A stretch of 64,000 nt of DNA from an uncultured Actinomycetota bacterium (GCA_963829525.1 CAWHIJ010000003.1:2400001-2464000); one strand, 5' to 3'. Shown: positions 20,018-29,960, counted from the first letter of the stretch. Numbers and translations are program-made. The notes: generated by a model not told the origin, from the letters alone.

Positions 20018-20224
20018 GTGAACGTCAAAGGGGACGCACTGGCAGGCTCGACCAAGGGGGGAGCAAACGACATGGTGATGACGCTGCTCTCAGATCACGT
20101 ACCGCTTTCACTCCTGCACGACCTGTGGAGTCCGTACGGCCCAGAGTCCTGGGAGATCTTCGCTGTCGAGGCCGGCTGGCTCGACCCACGCAGCCTCGAT
20201 CGAGTCGAGCTGACGAGCGCCTGA
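20018..20224 (+). CDS. Small hypothetical protein, paralog of 25304..25507
   Basis: Shared motif LLxxxVPLSLLxDLxxPxGPxSxEI; alternative ATG at 20072. Confidence 0.7.
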   Translation: MNVKGDALAGSTKGGANDMVMTLLSDHVPLSLLHDLWSPYGPESWEIFAVEAGWLDPRSLDRVELTSA

Positions 20225-20299
20225 GGGCGATTTCGGGGGACGCCAATCCCGCTGCTAGAGTTCCCTCTGCTCCTGGGGTGCTGACGCCGCTGGAGCATC

Positions 20300-20372
20300 G
20301 CGCCGCTAGCTCAACTGGCAGAGCAGCGGACTCTTAATCCGCGGGTTCGGGGTTCGAGTCCCTGGCGGCGCA
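20300..20372 (+). tRNA. tRNA-Lys (anticodon CTT)
   Basis: GCGCCGC/GCGGCGC acceptor stem, GCGGA-CTCTTAA-TCCGC anticodon arm, GGTTCGAGTCC T-arm. Confidence 0.97.
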
Positions 20373-20385
20373 CCCGTTCTTGTGT

Positions 20386-20545
20386 TACTCCGGCTGATAG
20401 GTGACGTTTGGTCTTCGGTTGATCCCGGACAGTGTTTCGGTTGATGGGTTACAGCTGTTTCGGTTGAGTGGTGAAATTTCCTGCTCGCTTGAGGCTTGAC
20501 GGTGTCTCAGCTGATTGTTGACACCGTCTCGGTTGATCCTTGACA
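20386..20545. repeat. Seven degenerate 21-bp direct repeats (consensus TGTYTCGGTTGATNNNTGACA); possible IS481-like element end or MITE
   Basis: Copies start at 20386, 20411, 20433, 20456, 20481, 20503 and 20525. Confidence 0.85.
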
Positions 20546-20573
20546 CCTCGCTGGTTGCTGCTGCCGGCATTGA

Positions 20574-22563
20574 CTACGCAACACCCCCCAGGTCTTCGGC
20601 GAATTGGCTGTTATAGAGGTCTTGGTAGAAGCCGCCTGCCGCCAGAAGGTCAGCGTGCCTGCCACGTTCGATGATCCGCCCTCGGTCCATAACCAAGATC
20701 GTGTCGGCGTGACGCACCGTCGAGAGCCGGTGCGCGATCACGAAACTAGTTCGCCCCGATCGAAGCCTGGCCATCGCTCGCTGGATCAAGACCTCGGTAC
20801 GTGTGTCCACCGAGCTCGTCGCCTCGTCGAGGATGAGTACCGCGGGGTCAGCGAGGAATGCGCGGGCGATCGTCAGGAGCTGCTTCTCCCCTGCAGAGAC
20901 GTTGGCCGCCTCATCGGCGAGAACGGTGTCGTAGCTGTCCGGAAGCGTCCGGATGAAGTGATCGGCGTGGGCGGCGCGCGCGGCGTCCACAACCTGACCC
21001 TCCGTGGCGCCCTCGGCACCGTAGGCGATGTTGTCGCGGATGGTGCCACCGAAGAGCCAGGTGTCCTGGAGGACCATGCCGAATGTTCGCCGCAGATCGT
21101 TCCGGGTCAGATCGCGGGAGTCGAACCCATCGACCAAGATCCGACCCTTGTCTATCTCGTAGAACCGCATCAGCAGGTTCACCAATGTCGTCTTTCCGGC
21201 ACCGGTCGGACCCACAATGGCTATCGACTGCCCAGGGGCGACCTCCAGTTCCAGGTCCTCGATCAGCGGCTCATCCGCCTCATACCGAAAGGACACCTTC
21301 TCGAAGGTGATGCGGCCACGAGGGGATGTGAGCCTCGTCGGATGGGCTGGGTCGGGGAGTTCCTCGGCCTCGTCGAGCAGCTCGAAGACCCGTTCTGCCG
21401 AGGCGATCCCGGACTGCAGGAGGTTCATCACACTCGCGATCTGGGTGATCGGCATGGTGAACTGGCGTGAGTACTGGATGAAGGCCTGGACGTCGCCCAG
21501 CGACATCGCACCGGTCGCCACACGCAGTCCGCCGACGACTGCGATGGCGACGTAGTTCAGGTTGGCGATGAACATCATCGCCGGCTGGATGATGCCTGAT
21601 ATGAACTGAGCCTTGAAGCTGGACTCGTACATCTTGTCGTTCGCGACGTCGAAGTCCTCGACCGCTCGGTCTTGGTGCCCGAATACCTTGACCACGTCAT
21701 GGCCGGTGTACATCTCCTCGACGTGACCGTTCAGTCGTGCCGGTCCATTCCCACTGGGCCACGAACTGTCGCTGTGAGCGGCGGACGATGTACATCGTCA
21801 CGACGAAGGAGAGCGGAACGGTCAGCAGCGAGATCAGGGCGAGCAGCGGGCTGATCCACACCATCATGGCGAGAACACCGATCACAGTCAGTACCGAGGT
21901 GATCAGCTGAGTCAGTGTCTGCTGGAGCGTTGTGGAGATGTTGTCGATGTCGTTGGTCACCCGGCTCAGCACATCGCCTCGTGCGTGCGCGTCGAAATAC
22001 CTCAGCGGGAGCCGCCCAAGCTTCAGGTCCACCTCCTCGCGGAGGCGGAAGACTGTTCTTTGCGTGACACCCGCCATCAGGTAGTTCTGCCCCCAGCTGA
22101 AGAGTGCACTCAGCAGGTAGAGGAAGGACACCAGCACAAGGACATTCGCCAACGCTTGGTAGTCGACGCCCACGCCCGGCGTAACATTCATCGCGGAAAG
22201 CATGTCGGCCTGCAAGTTATCTCCAGATGCTCGGAGCATCTGGACGGCTTGTTCCTGCGTGACGCCCGGTGGGAGCTGCTTACCGACGAATCCGTCGAAG
22301 ATGATGTTGGTCGCGGTGCCTAGCAGCTTCGGACCGAGGATCGCGAGAACGACGCTCACGATGCCGAGGACCAGAACGACGAAGATGACCATCGCATCGG
22401 GACGTAGCCTGCCGGTCAGACGACGCAACGAGCCGGCGAAGTCGCGCGCCTTCTCTGGCGGCAGACTCATGCCCATCCCGCCAGGACCAGCACCGAAGGG
22501 TCCACCCGGACGACGCGGTGGCGCACCGGGACCGGGGGATGCAGAAGCCATGTGGCCGCTCAT
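20574..22563 (-). CDS. Heterodimeric ABC exporter subunit B (TMD+NBD), frameshift near 21738
   Basis: [41 protein letters not shown]. Confidence 0.9.
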
Positions 22564-24293
22564 GCAACTTCGTCCTCAGTGAGCTGTGAGAGGACGATCT
22601 CGCGGTAGGTGGGACAGTCGACCATGAGGTCGGCATGACTCCCGAGTCCGACGACTAATCCTGCGTCCAGGACGACGATCTGGTCGGCATGCATGATCGT
22701 GCTCACCCTCTGGGCGACGATGAGCACCGACGCCTCGCGTGTCTCACCCCTCAGTGCAGTCCTGAGGCGAGCATCCGTAGCGAAGTCGAGCGCCGAGAAG
22801 CTGTCGTCGAAGATGTACACCTGGGGGCGCCGAACCAGAGCTCGGGCGATGGCCAGCCGCTGGCGCTGACCGCCGGACAGGTTGGTGCCACCTTGCTCGA
22901 TGTCGGCGTCAAGCTCTCCGGGCATCGCGGAGACGAACTCCCGAGCCTGCGCGACGTCGAGTGCATGCCACAGCTGGTCCTCGGAGGCATCTTCTCTGCC
23001 GAACCGAAGATTGCTCGCAACGGTTCCGCTGAACAGCATCGACCGCTGGGGGACGAACCCCAACATCGATCTGACGTCGGACTGAAGCCTCGTTCGAACA
23101 TCCAGCCCGTCGATCAGCACTGCGCCCTCTGTCACGTCGTCGAGACGCGGTATGAGGTTGATGAGTGTCGACTTCCCCGATCCGGTGCTGCCGACCACGG
23201 CGGTGGTTCGGCCAGGGGCCAAGGAAAACGACACGTCTCGGAGCACGGGCTCCTCGGCGCCGGGATACCGGTACTCCACGTTCTGGAACTCCACAAGGCC
23301 ACGGGGAGGGCCCTTTGGCACCTGGGGAACAACCGGGTCGGCGATTGCGGTTTCCGTTGCCAGCACCTGTTGAATCCGCTCCGACGATACGGCAGCCCTG
23401 GGCACCATGATCAGCATCATCACGGCCATCAAGACCGACGTCAGGATCAGCATGATGTACGAGATGAAGGCAGTCAGGTTGCCAATCGGCATTTGACCGC
23501 TGCCGACGAGATGCCCACCGAACCAGACAATCGCCACCGTTGAGAGATTCATGATCAGCATGAGCGAAGGCATGGCAAGGGCAAACAGTCGAGTGACGCT
23601 CAGAGCAGTTGCCGTCAGATCCGCATTTGCCTCCGCGAACCGCGCCTCCTCCGACTCGGTGCGCACGAAGGCTCGGATCACCCGAATTCCGGATAGCTTC
23701 TCCCTCAGCACGGCGTTGATGCGGTCGATCTTCAGCTGCATCGATCGAAAGAGTGGGACTGCGCGCTTGACCATGAACCCGACCACTGAGGCCATGAGCG
23801 GGATGATGATCAACAGCAGCGCCGACAGCTCGGCGTTCTCACGCCAAGCCATGATGATTCCCCCAATGGCCATGAGCGGCGCCGAGATCATCATCGTCAG
23901 ACCGAGCAGCACCAACATCTGAACCTGCTGGACGTCGTTGGTGTTGCGGGTGATCAGAGACGGCGCCCCGAAAGCATTGAGCTCACGCAGTGAGAAACGC
24001 TCGACGTTCCGAAAGAGGCTGCCTCGCACGTCACGACCAAGTCCCATCGCCGCTCCTGCGCTCAGGTAGACACCGAGCACCGCACATGCACCGACCAAGA
24101 GTGTGACCACGAGCATGACGGCTCCCACGCGCACGATGTACGCCGCGTCACCCTTGACCACCCCGTTGTTGATGAGGTCGGCGTTCAGGCTAGGGAGGAA
24201 GAGGTTTCCTATCGCCTGAAACAGCAGCAGAAATGTGACGAGCACCAACTGCTTCCGGTAAGGGCGTAAGAACCTCCTCAGCAACGCCGTCAC
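22560..24293 (-). CDS. Heterodimeric ABC exporter subunit A (degenerate Walker B)
   Basis: GSTGSGKST, LSGGQRQ, IFDDSFSALD, VAQRVST. Confidence 0.92.
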   Translation of the reverse strand: MTALLRRFLRPYRKQLVLVTFLLLFQAIGNLFLPSLNADLINNGVVKGDAAYIVRVGAVMLVVTLLVGACAVLGVYLSAGAAMGLGRDVRGSLFRNVERFSLRELNAFGAPSLITRNTNDVQQVQMLVLLGLTMMISAPLMAIGGIIMAWRENAELSALLLIIIPLMASVVGFMVKRAVPLFRSMQLKIDRINAVLREKLSGIRVIRAFVRTESEEARFAEANADLTATALSVTRLFALAMPSLMLIMNLSTVAIVWFGGHLVGSGQMPIGNLTAFISYIMLILTSVLMAVMMLIMVPRAAVSSERIQQVLATETAIADPVVPQVPKGPPRGLVEFQNVEYRYPGAEEPVLRDVSFSLAPGRTTAVVGSTGSGKSTLINLIPRLDDVTEGAVLIDGLDVRTRLQSDVRSMLGFVPQRSMLFSGTVASNLRFGREDASEDQLWHALDVAQAREFVSAMPGELDADIEQGGTNLSGGQRQRLAIARALVRRPQVYIFDDSFSALDFATDARLRTALRGETREASVLIVAQRVSTIMHADQIVVLDAGLVVGLGSHADLMVDCPTYREIVLSQLTEDEVA

Positions 24294-24438
24294 TGGAGCA
24301 CCGGGCTCGAGCGCTGCATCACTCCTGGCACCGACAACACATTCCCAGAGCCTATGCGAGTTGCGTAGGCTCGTCGTCCAGATGACGCGGGGTGCCGCAA
24401 CCACGCTCTTCCTCCGAGCATCTGGCTACGCTGCCCGT

Positions 24439-25254
24439 GTGACCGACCTCGGGGATGCCGTCGACAGCGCCATCCGAGCAGCTGCGGACCATGCCGTCGT
24501 CCCGCGCTTTCGCACTCTCCAAGCCCACGCCATCACCGAGAAGTCGCCCGGCGACTGGGTCACCGACGCTGACCACGAATGTGAAGACCTGCTCACCACG
24601 GCGCTGCATGCCATCGAGCCAGGTGTCCCCGTCGTTGGCGAGGAGGCCGTCGCGTCTGAGCCCTCGCTGCTCACCGTCGCCCACGGTCACAATCGAGTAT
24701 GGCTAGTCGACCCGGTCGACGGCACCAAGGCGTTCATCGACGGCAGCCCCGACTTCGCCACCATGGTGGCGCTCGTCGAGGGGGGCATCACCACCGCCTC
24801 CTGGATCTGGCAGCCCATCCACGGACAGATGTTCTCCGCGTGGAGGGGGGAGGGCGCCAACTGCGATGGGGAAGAACTGCGCGCGCCAGGCGATCCCGGG
24901 CCACGCGTGCATTGGCAAGGTCTGCTGCGTACCCATGCCATGCCAGCGGTCCTACGCGCCGCATCGAACGCCAGCCTGGCGCGGGCTGGTCTGCAGCACA
25001 CGCAGGTCGCTGCGGCGGGCATCACCTATCCCAAGACCACCACTGGAGAGTTCGCATACGCCCTTTACTGGCGGACGCTGCCCTGGGACCACGCCCCCGG
25101 GGCGCTCCTCGCAGAAGAGGCCGGGCTCACCGTCCGGCGCCTCGACGGGACGCGGTACCGCCCGTTCGACGGGGGGCTAGGGGTGCTGACGGCCGCCACG
25201 CAGGAGGTCTGGGCAACGGTGCGCGGGGCCCTCCCGGAGGTTCTCGAGAACTAG
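24439..25254 (+). CDS. Inositol monophosphatase family protein
   Basis: DWVTDAD, VGEE, WLVDPVDGT, PWDHAPG. Confidence 0.9.
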   Translation: MTDLGDAVDSAIRAAADHAVVPRFRTLQAHAITEKSPGDWVTDADHECEDLLTTALHAIEPGVPVVGEEAVASEPSLLTVAHGHNRVWLVDPVDGTKAFIDGSPDFATMVALVEGGITTASWIWQPIHGQMFSAWRGEGANCDGEELRAPGDPGPRVHWQGLLRTHAMPAVLRAASNASLARAGLQHTQVAAAGITYPKTTTGEFAYALYWRTLPWDHAPGALLAEEAGLTVRRLDGTRYRPFDGGLGVLTAATQEVWATVRGALPEVLEN

Positions 25255-25267
25255 CCTGACGCAAGGC

Positions 25268-25295
25268 TCAAGTTCTGATCGAGGGTTGCCGAACT
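25268..25295 (+). promoter_or_regulatory. Sigma-28/WhiG/FliA-like promoter
   Basis: (C)TCAA-N16-GCCGAACT, 8 nt before GTG 25304. Confidence 0.55.
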
Positions 25296-25303
25296 ACATC
25301 ATT

Positions 25304-25507
25304 GTGATTACCTCTCCAGGGACTGCGCGAGCCTGGTCGCTGCTGCGCGCCGGCGTCCCCCTCAGCCTGTTGTGCGACCTCGCCGAGCCAGGCGGTCCGC
25401 CGTCCCGCGAGATCTACACCGCCGAGGTGGTGGCCGACGATGTCGACCGCGCCCACCCGCCCGGCCGATTGATCGAGCTGGCGGAGGTTTCGATCTTCTC
25501 GGCATGA
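25304..25507 (+). CDS. Small hypothetical protein, paralog of 20018..20224
   Basis: LLRAGVPLSLLCDLAEPGGPPSREIYTAE; stop overlaps the next ATG (ATGA). Confidence 0.7.
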   Translation: MITSPGTARAWSLLRAGVPLSLLCDLAEPGGPPSREIYTAEVVADDVDRAHPPGRLIELAEVSIFSA

Positions 25508-26526
25508 GCCTGCACGAACGCCGAACAACGACCGCCGGCCTGATCGCGGTCGCCTGCGGCCTGGCGCTGATGGGTGCCGTGCCGGCCGCCGGCACGGCCC
25601 TCGTATCCAGTGACGCCAGCACACGAGACGGCGTCGCTGCTGAGGCCCGCGCGGTTGCAGGTTGCTCGGTCTTCCCGAAGAACAACTACTGGAACGCCGA
25701 CATCAGTGAGCTGCCACAACACCCCCGAAGCGATGCATGGCTCCGGCACATGACCCCGCGCACGAAGCTGCACCCCGACTTCGGACGCGCCTTCGGCGCG
25801 CAGCCGGTGCCCTACGGGATCCCGGTCACCGTCGTCGGCGGTGGGCACCGCCGCGTCCATGTGGGGTTCACCTACGACCGAGAGAGCGACAAGGTGCGCT
25901 ACCCGTTCGGCAGCGACACCAAGATCGAAGGTGGCCGCAAGTCCGACGGCGACCGGCACGCGATCGTCGTCGACAAGTCGCGTTGCCGGCTCTACGAGAC
26001 GTGGAACACCCGCAACCGCGACGGACGGTGGCGGGCAGGATCCGGCGCAGTGTGGAACCTGGACTCCAATGCACTGCGGCACGATGGATGGACGTCGGCA
26101 GACGCTGCCGGACTTCCGATCCTCCCCGGACTGCTGCGCTGGAGCGAGGTACGCAAGGGCAAGGTCGACCACGCCATCCGCTTCACCACCGATATCACCG
26201 ACCGGCGCTACGTCTGGCCGGCCCGGCACCAGGCCGGTTCAGTCAACAACCGCAACTACCCGCCGATGGGCGCCCGGTTCCGACTCAAGGCCGCGTTTGA
26301 CATCTCGCAGTACAGCGCGCGCACCCGCGTCGTGCTGCGCGCCATGCAGCACTACGGGCTCGTGCTCGCCGACAACGGCTCGCCCTGGTACTTCCAAGGT
26401 GCGGCCAGCTCGAAGTGGCCGAACGAGCTGATCTCTGAGCTCAAAGAGGTCCCGGCGCGAGCCTTCGTCGCGGTCGACACCTCGTCGATGATGGTCGACC
26501 CGAATAGCGCCCGCGTCCACCCCTGA
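25504..26526 (+). CDS. Uncharacterised secreted protein
   Basis: Signal-peptide-like MSLHERRTTTAGLIAVACGLALMG; conserved-looking PYGIP, GDRH, SADAAGLPILPGL, HAIRFT, PPMGARFRLK, YGLVLADNG. Confidence 0.75.
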   Translation: MSLHERRTTTAGLIAVACGLALMGAVPAAGTALVSSDASTRDGVAAEARAVAGCSVFPKNNYWNADISELPQHPRSDAWLRHMTPRTKLHPDFGRAFGAQPVPYGIPVTVVGGGHRRVHVGFTYDRESDKVRYPFGSDTKIEGGRKSDGDRHAIVVDKSRCRLYETWNTRNRDGRWRAGSGAVWNLDSNALRHDGWTSADAAGLPILPGLLRWSEVRKGKVDHAIRFTTDITDRRYVWPARHQAGSVNNRNYPPMGARFRLKAAFDISQYSARTRVVLRAMQHYGLVLADNGSPWYFQGAASSKWPNELISELKEVPARAFVAVDTSSMMVDPNSARVHP

Positions 26527-26592
26527 CTCCAAGAAGGACGCGCATTCACCGCGCTCCTGCGCAACTAACTCTCCGTTCATCCCGGGAACTGG

Positions 26593-27219
26593 CTACGCGT
26601 CGCGCACGGTGCGCACGCCGAGCAGGCCGGCGAACCCCAGCAGCCCCACGCCAGCGGTGACGTCGATGCCCAACAGCGCGCGACGCCCGAGCCGACCCCC
26701 AAGACGTGACGCCACCAGCGCAAGGAGGACGAACCACGCGGCGCTGCCGACCATCACACCCGCCAGCAGCGACACCGCTGCCGTGGTTGAAGTGAGCAGG
26801 GAAGCGGTCGCCGCTGCGCCGAAGATGGCCGCCCAGGAGAGGATCGTCAGTGGGTTGGATGCTGTGGCGACCAATCCGGTGCGGTAGGACGCCACCCCGC
26901 TCAGCACCTCGACCGCAGCCTCTCCCCCGAGCCGGATCCGCCAAGCGTCCCGCAGAGTTCGCACGCCCATCCAGGCGAGCACGCCCGCACCAGCAACACC
27001 CACTGCGAGGCGGACGGGCTCGAGCTGGATCAAGGCAGCTGCCCCCAGAACACCGAGCGCCGCGTACACGACGTCCACCGTCGCCGCACCGGCACCGATG
27101 GCAGCAGCAGGACCGAAACCGTTCCGCGTTGCGGTGCGAATGCAGAGCAGCGAGACCGGTCCGACCTGCGCGGCGACAAATGCGCCGAGCATGACGCCGA
27201 CGACCAAGGCTTTCAGCAC
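26593..27219 (-). CDS. LysE family translocator
   Basis: AAQVGPVSLLCIR, TASNPLTILSW; hydrophobic profile. Confidence 0.85.
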   Translation of the reverse strand: MLKALVVGVMLGAFVAAQVGPVSLLCIRTATRNGFGPAAAIGAGAATVDVVYAALGVLGAAALIQLEPVRLAVGVAGAGVLAWMGVRTLRDAWRIRLGGEAAVEVLSGVASYRTGLVATASNPLTILSWAAIFGAAATASLLTSTTAAVSLLAGVMVGSAAWFVLLALVASRLGGRLGRRALLGIDVTAGVGLLGFAGLLGVRTVRDA

Positions 27220-27279
27220 ATACCGAGCATGGCAGGCGGGCTCCAATGCACGCATCCCAGTATCTGTCGGGCGCCCCCG

Positions 27280-27603
27280 TCAGAGGTAGAGGCCGGTGCT
27301 GTTCTCGACCCGAGCGGCAGCGACCGCGTGAATGTCTCGTTCCCGGAGGAGCACGAGGGTCTCGCCCTTGAGCTCGACCTCGCCGCGGTCCTCTGGCTCG
27401 AAGAGGACCCGATCGGCCAGCTGTACGGTGCGCACATTGGGGCCGACCCCGACGACCTCGGCCCAAACGAGTCGCTTGCCCACCTGAGCGGTTGCCGGGA
27501 TGACGATCCCGCCGGTTGAACGGCGCTCGCCGTTGGGACCGTCCTCCTTGACCAAGACGCGGTCGTGCAGCAGTTGGATCGGCAGCGCGTCAGCAGCCCC
27601 CAT
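27280..27603 (-). CDS. groES: GroES-like co-chaperonin (second copy, no adjacent groEL)
   Basis: LHDRVLVK..RRSTGGIVIP..EVVGVG..LLRERDIHAV. Confidence 0.85.
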   Translation of the reverse strand: MGAADALPIQLLHDRVLVKEDGPNGERRSTGGIVIPATAQVGKRLVWAEVVGVGPNVRTVQLADRVLFEPEDRGEVELKGETLVLLRERDIHAVAAARVENSTGLYL

Positions 27604-28031
27604 CAGCCGCGGTGGAAGATCTTGCGCAGCACGACGAGCGAAGTCAGTGTCCCGGCCACGATCGCGATCGGCTTGGCCTTGGGTGTGCCGTCTTCCTCGA
27701 CGAACACCTGCTTCACCCGGTCCATCGCGTCCTGGGCCAAAGACTGCGGCGCGAGCCGATCGGAAAGCTCATCCACCTGGTCGGCCAGGCGACGCTGGGC
27801 AGCGTCGATGTCGGACTGGATCTGCACCGGAGTCCGTTCCGGGGCGGCGGGCCCGTCCTCGGTGCTGGTCGGCTTTGCTTTAGCTGTCTTGGTCGACGCC
27901 GTGTGCTCGGCATCGACCGGCTTGGCATCGACCGGCTTGGCATCGGTTGGCTTCGCAGGGGTCGGCTTCGCCGGGGCTGCTTGGATGGGCTCGGCTGGCG
28001 GGGCGTCTACGGGGGTGCTTGGCTCAGTCAC
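27603..28031 (-). CDS. DUF3618-like protein with a Pro/Ala/Lys repeat N-terminus
   Basis: RTPVQIQSDIDAAQRRLADQVDELSDRLAP; C-terminal TM helix; 15-bp AKP(T/V)(D/P) repeats at about 27905-27975. Confidence 0.8.
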   Translation of the reverse strand: MTEPSTPVDAPPAEPIQAAPAKPTPAKPTDAKPVDAKPVDAEHTASTKTAKAKPTSTEDGPAAPERTPVQIQSDIDAAQRRLADQVDELSDRLAPQSLAQDAMDRVKQVFVEEDGTPKAKPIAIVAGTLTSLVVLRKIFHRG

Positions 28032-28121
28032 GTCCTAACCGTATCCGGGGCCGACTTGTCGCCTGCAAGCGACTCCGCGGCTGCTCGGAGCGCTCGTCGT
28101 CGGCCGGCACCGCTGGCTTGT

Positions 28122-28136
28122 TGCGAACAGTTTGCA
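28122..28136. promoter_or_regulatory. Fur-family-like (Zur?) 7-1-7 inverted repeat
   Basis: TGCGAAC-A-GTTTGCA (one mismatch) upstream of the metal ABC operon. Confidence 0.45.
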
Positions 28137-28167
28137 GGAGCAAGAGGGCTGCAGTAGCGTCGGCGTC

Positions 28168-29181
28168 GTGACTAACTCCGCTCGTTGTGCCTCTCGCTCG
28201 ATGTCGTCGGCTGTTTTCGCCGTCGCAGCCCTGGTTGCGCTCTCGGCCTGCTCTTCTGACCCTGAGAGCACTGGAGCGCTGAAGGTCGCCACAACCGTCG
28301 CGCCCATCACCTCCATCGCCGCAAACATTGGCGGCGATCGTGTCGACATCGAGGGCATCGTTCCCGAAGGCACCAACAGTCACACCTTTGAGCCCGCCCC
28401 CCAGGTGGCTGAGCTTCTCAGCACTGCTGACGTCATCCTGGTCAACGGCCTGCAGCTCGAGGAGCCGACGAAAGACCTCGCAGAGCAGAACAAGAAGGAC
28501 GGGGCCGTCATCGTCGACATCGGCGACGAGGTGCTGCCTCCCGAGGACTACATCTTCGACTTCTCTTTCCCCGAGGAAGACGGCAAGCCGAACCCGCACC
28601 TGTGGACCGATCCCAACTACGCCATCCAGTACGCCGAGGTCATTGCCAAGACATTCTCCGATGAGGACCCCGACAACGCTGGCTACTACGCCAAGAACCT
28701 CGAGGCGTTCACCAAGAAGGCAACCGCACTCTCAGATGCGCTGCGCTCCGACCAGATGTCAGTGCCCGAGGGCAACCTCAAGCTGCTGACCTACCACGAT
28801 GCCTACGCCTACTTCGCTAAGGACTACGGCTGGGACGTGATCGGCGCCGTCCAGCCGAAGAACTTCGAAGACCCGACACCTGAAGAAGTCGCGGCGATCA
28901 TCGACCAGGTGGAAGCCGAGAACGTCCCGACGATCTTCGGCTCCGAGGTGTTTCCCTCCGCAGTCCTCGAAGAGATCGGGCGAGCTACCGGAGCCCGCTA
29001 CGAAGACACCCTCCGCGACGACGACCTGCCCGGTGAACCCGGTGACGCTGAGCACTCATGGCTCGGGTTGATGAGGTACGACTATGCGACCATGATTGAG
29101 GGACTCGGTGGTAATGCCACCAAGTTGGAGTCGGTAGATGTCGCCGACGTGGCACCGGACGAGGCGGAGTACCCGCAATGA
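28168..29181 (+). CDS. Metal ABC transporter substrate-binding lipoprotein (ZnuA/TroA family)
   Basis: Lipobox LSAC; NSHTFEP, NPHLWTDP, YHDAYAYF His ligands. Confidence 0.9.
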   Translation: MTNSARCASRSMSSAVFAVAALVALSACSSDPESTGALKVATTVAPITSIAANIGGDRVDIEGIVPEGTNSHTFEPAPQVAELLSTADVILVNGLQLEEPTKDLAEQNKKDGAVIVDIGDEVLPPEDYIFDFSFPEEDGKPNPHLWTDPNYAIQYAEVIAKTFSDEDPDNAGYYAKNLEAFTKKATALSDALRSDQMSVPEGNLKLLTYHDAYAYFAKDYGWDVIGAVQPKNFEDPTPEEVAAIIDQVEAENVPTIFGSEVFPSAVLEEIGRATGARYEDTLRDDDLPGEPGDAEHSWLGLMRYDYATMIEGLGGNATKLESVDVADVAPDEAEYPQ

Positions 29182-29960
29182 CAGCGACGGGCGTCGGGCC
29201 AGTCATCCTCAAGCTCGACAACATCACCGTGGGGTACGAGCACGCTGCGGTTCTGCGCGACGTCTCGTTCCACGTCCACTCCGACCAGTTCACCGGCATT
29301 GTCGGCCCTTCCGGTTCCGGCAAGACCACGCTCCTCCGCACACTGCTTGGCGCACTGCGCCCCCAGCGCGGAACGGTGACCACCAAGCCAGGACTGCGGA
29401 TGGCGTACGTGCCGCAGCTCGAGACGGTGAACTGGAACTTCCCGGTGACGGTGTTCGAGTGCGTCCTCATGGCCCGCACCGAAGGTCGACAGTGGCCGCG
29501 TGCCAGCCGCACCGACAAGGCAGACGTGTCGGCGGTTCTGGACCGGCTCGGGATCGCCGACTTGGCAGGGCGGCACATTCGTCAGCTGTCCGGCGGCCAG
29601 CAGCAGCGAATGTTCATCGCCCGCGCCTTGGTGAGCAACCCTGACCTTCTGGTCCTCGACGAGCCGACGTCCGGCGTCGACGTCAGCACTCGGCACGATA
29701 TGTTGCACCTGCTCGCCGATCTGCACGAAGACGGCATCTCGATCGTGCTGACAACGCACGACCTCAACGGCATGGCCGCGCACCTCCCCCACCTAGTCAC
29801 GATCAACGGCAAAATCATCGCCGAGGGAACCCCGCACGAGGTCATCACCTCTGACGTGCTGGAGCGGACGTTCGGTGCCCGGCTTGAGGTGCTCGAACAC
29901 CTCGGCATGCCCGTCGTGATCGACGACTACCACCGCGTCGGTCCGCGAGCCGTTTCGTGA
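29178..29960 (+). CDS. Metal ABC transporter ATPase
   Basis: GPSGSGKTT, LSGGQQQR, LDEPTSGVD, THDL. Confidence 0.92.
   Translation: MTATGVGPVILKLDNITVGYEHAAVLRDVSFHVHSDQFTGIVGPSGSGKTTLLRTLLGALRPQRGTVTTKPGLRMAYVPQLETVNWNFPVTVFECVLMARTEGRQWPRASRTDKADVSAVLDRLGIADLAGRHIRQLSGGQQQRMFIARALVSNPDLLVLDEPTSGVDVSTRHDMLHLLADLHEDGISIVLTTHDLNGMAAHLPHLVTINGKIIAEGTPHEVITSDVLERTFGARLEVLEHLGMPVVIDDYHRVGPRAVS

Noticed and set aside
20386-20545. CRISPR array
   Set aside because: Repeats are separated by only 1-4 bp, are degenerate, and no cas genes are present.
27905-27975. Regulatory tandem array
   Set aside because: In-frame 15-bp coding repeats that produce a low-complexity linker in the DUF3618 protein.
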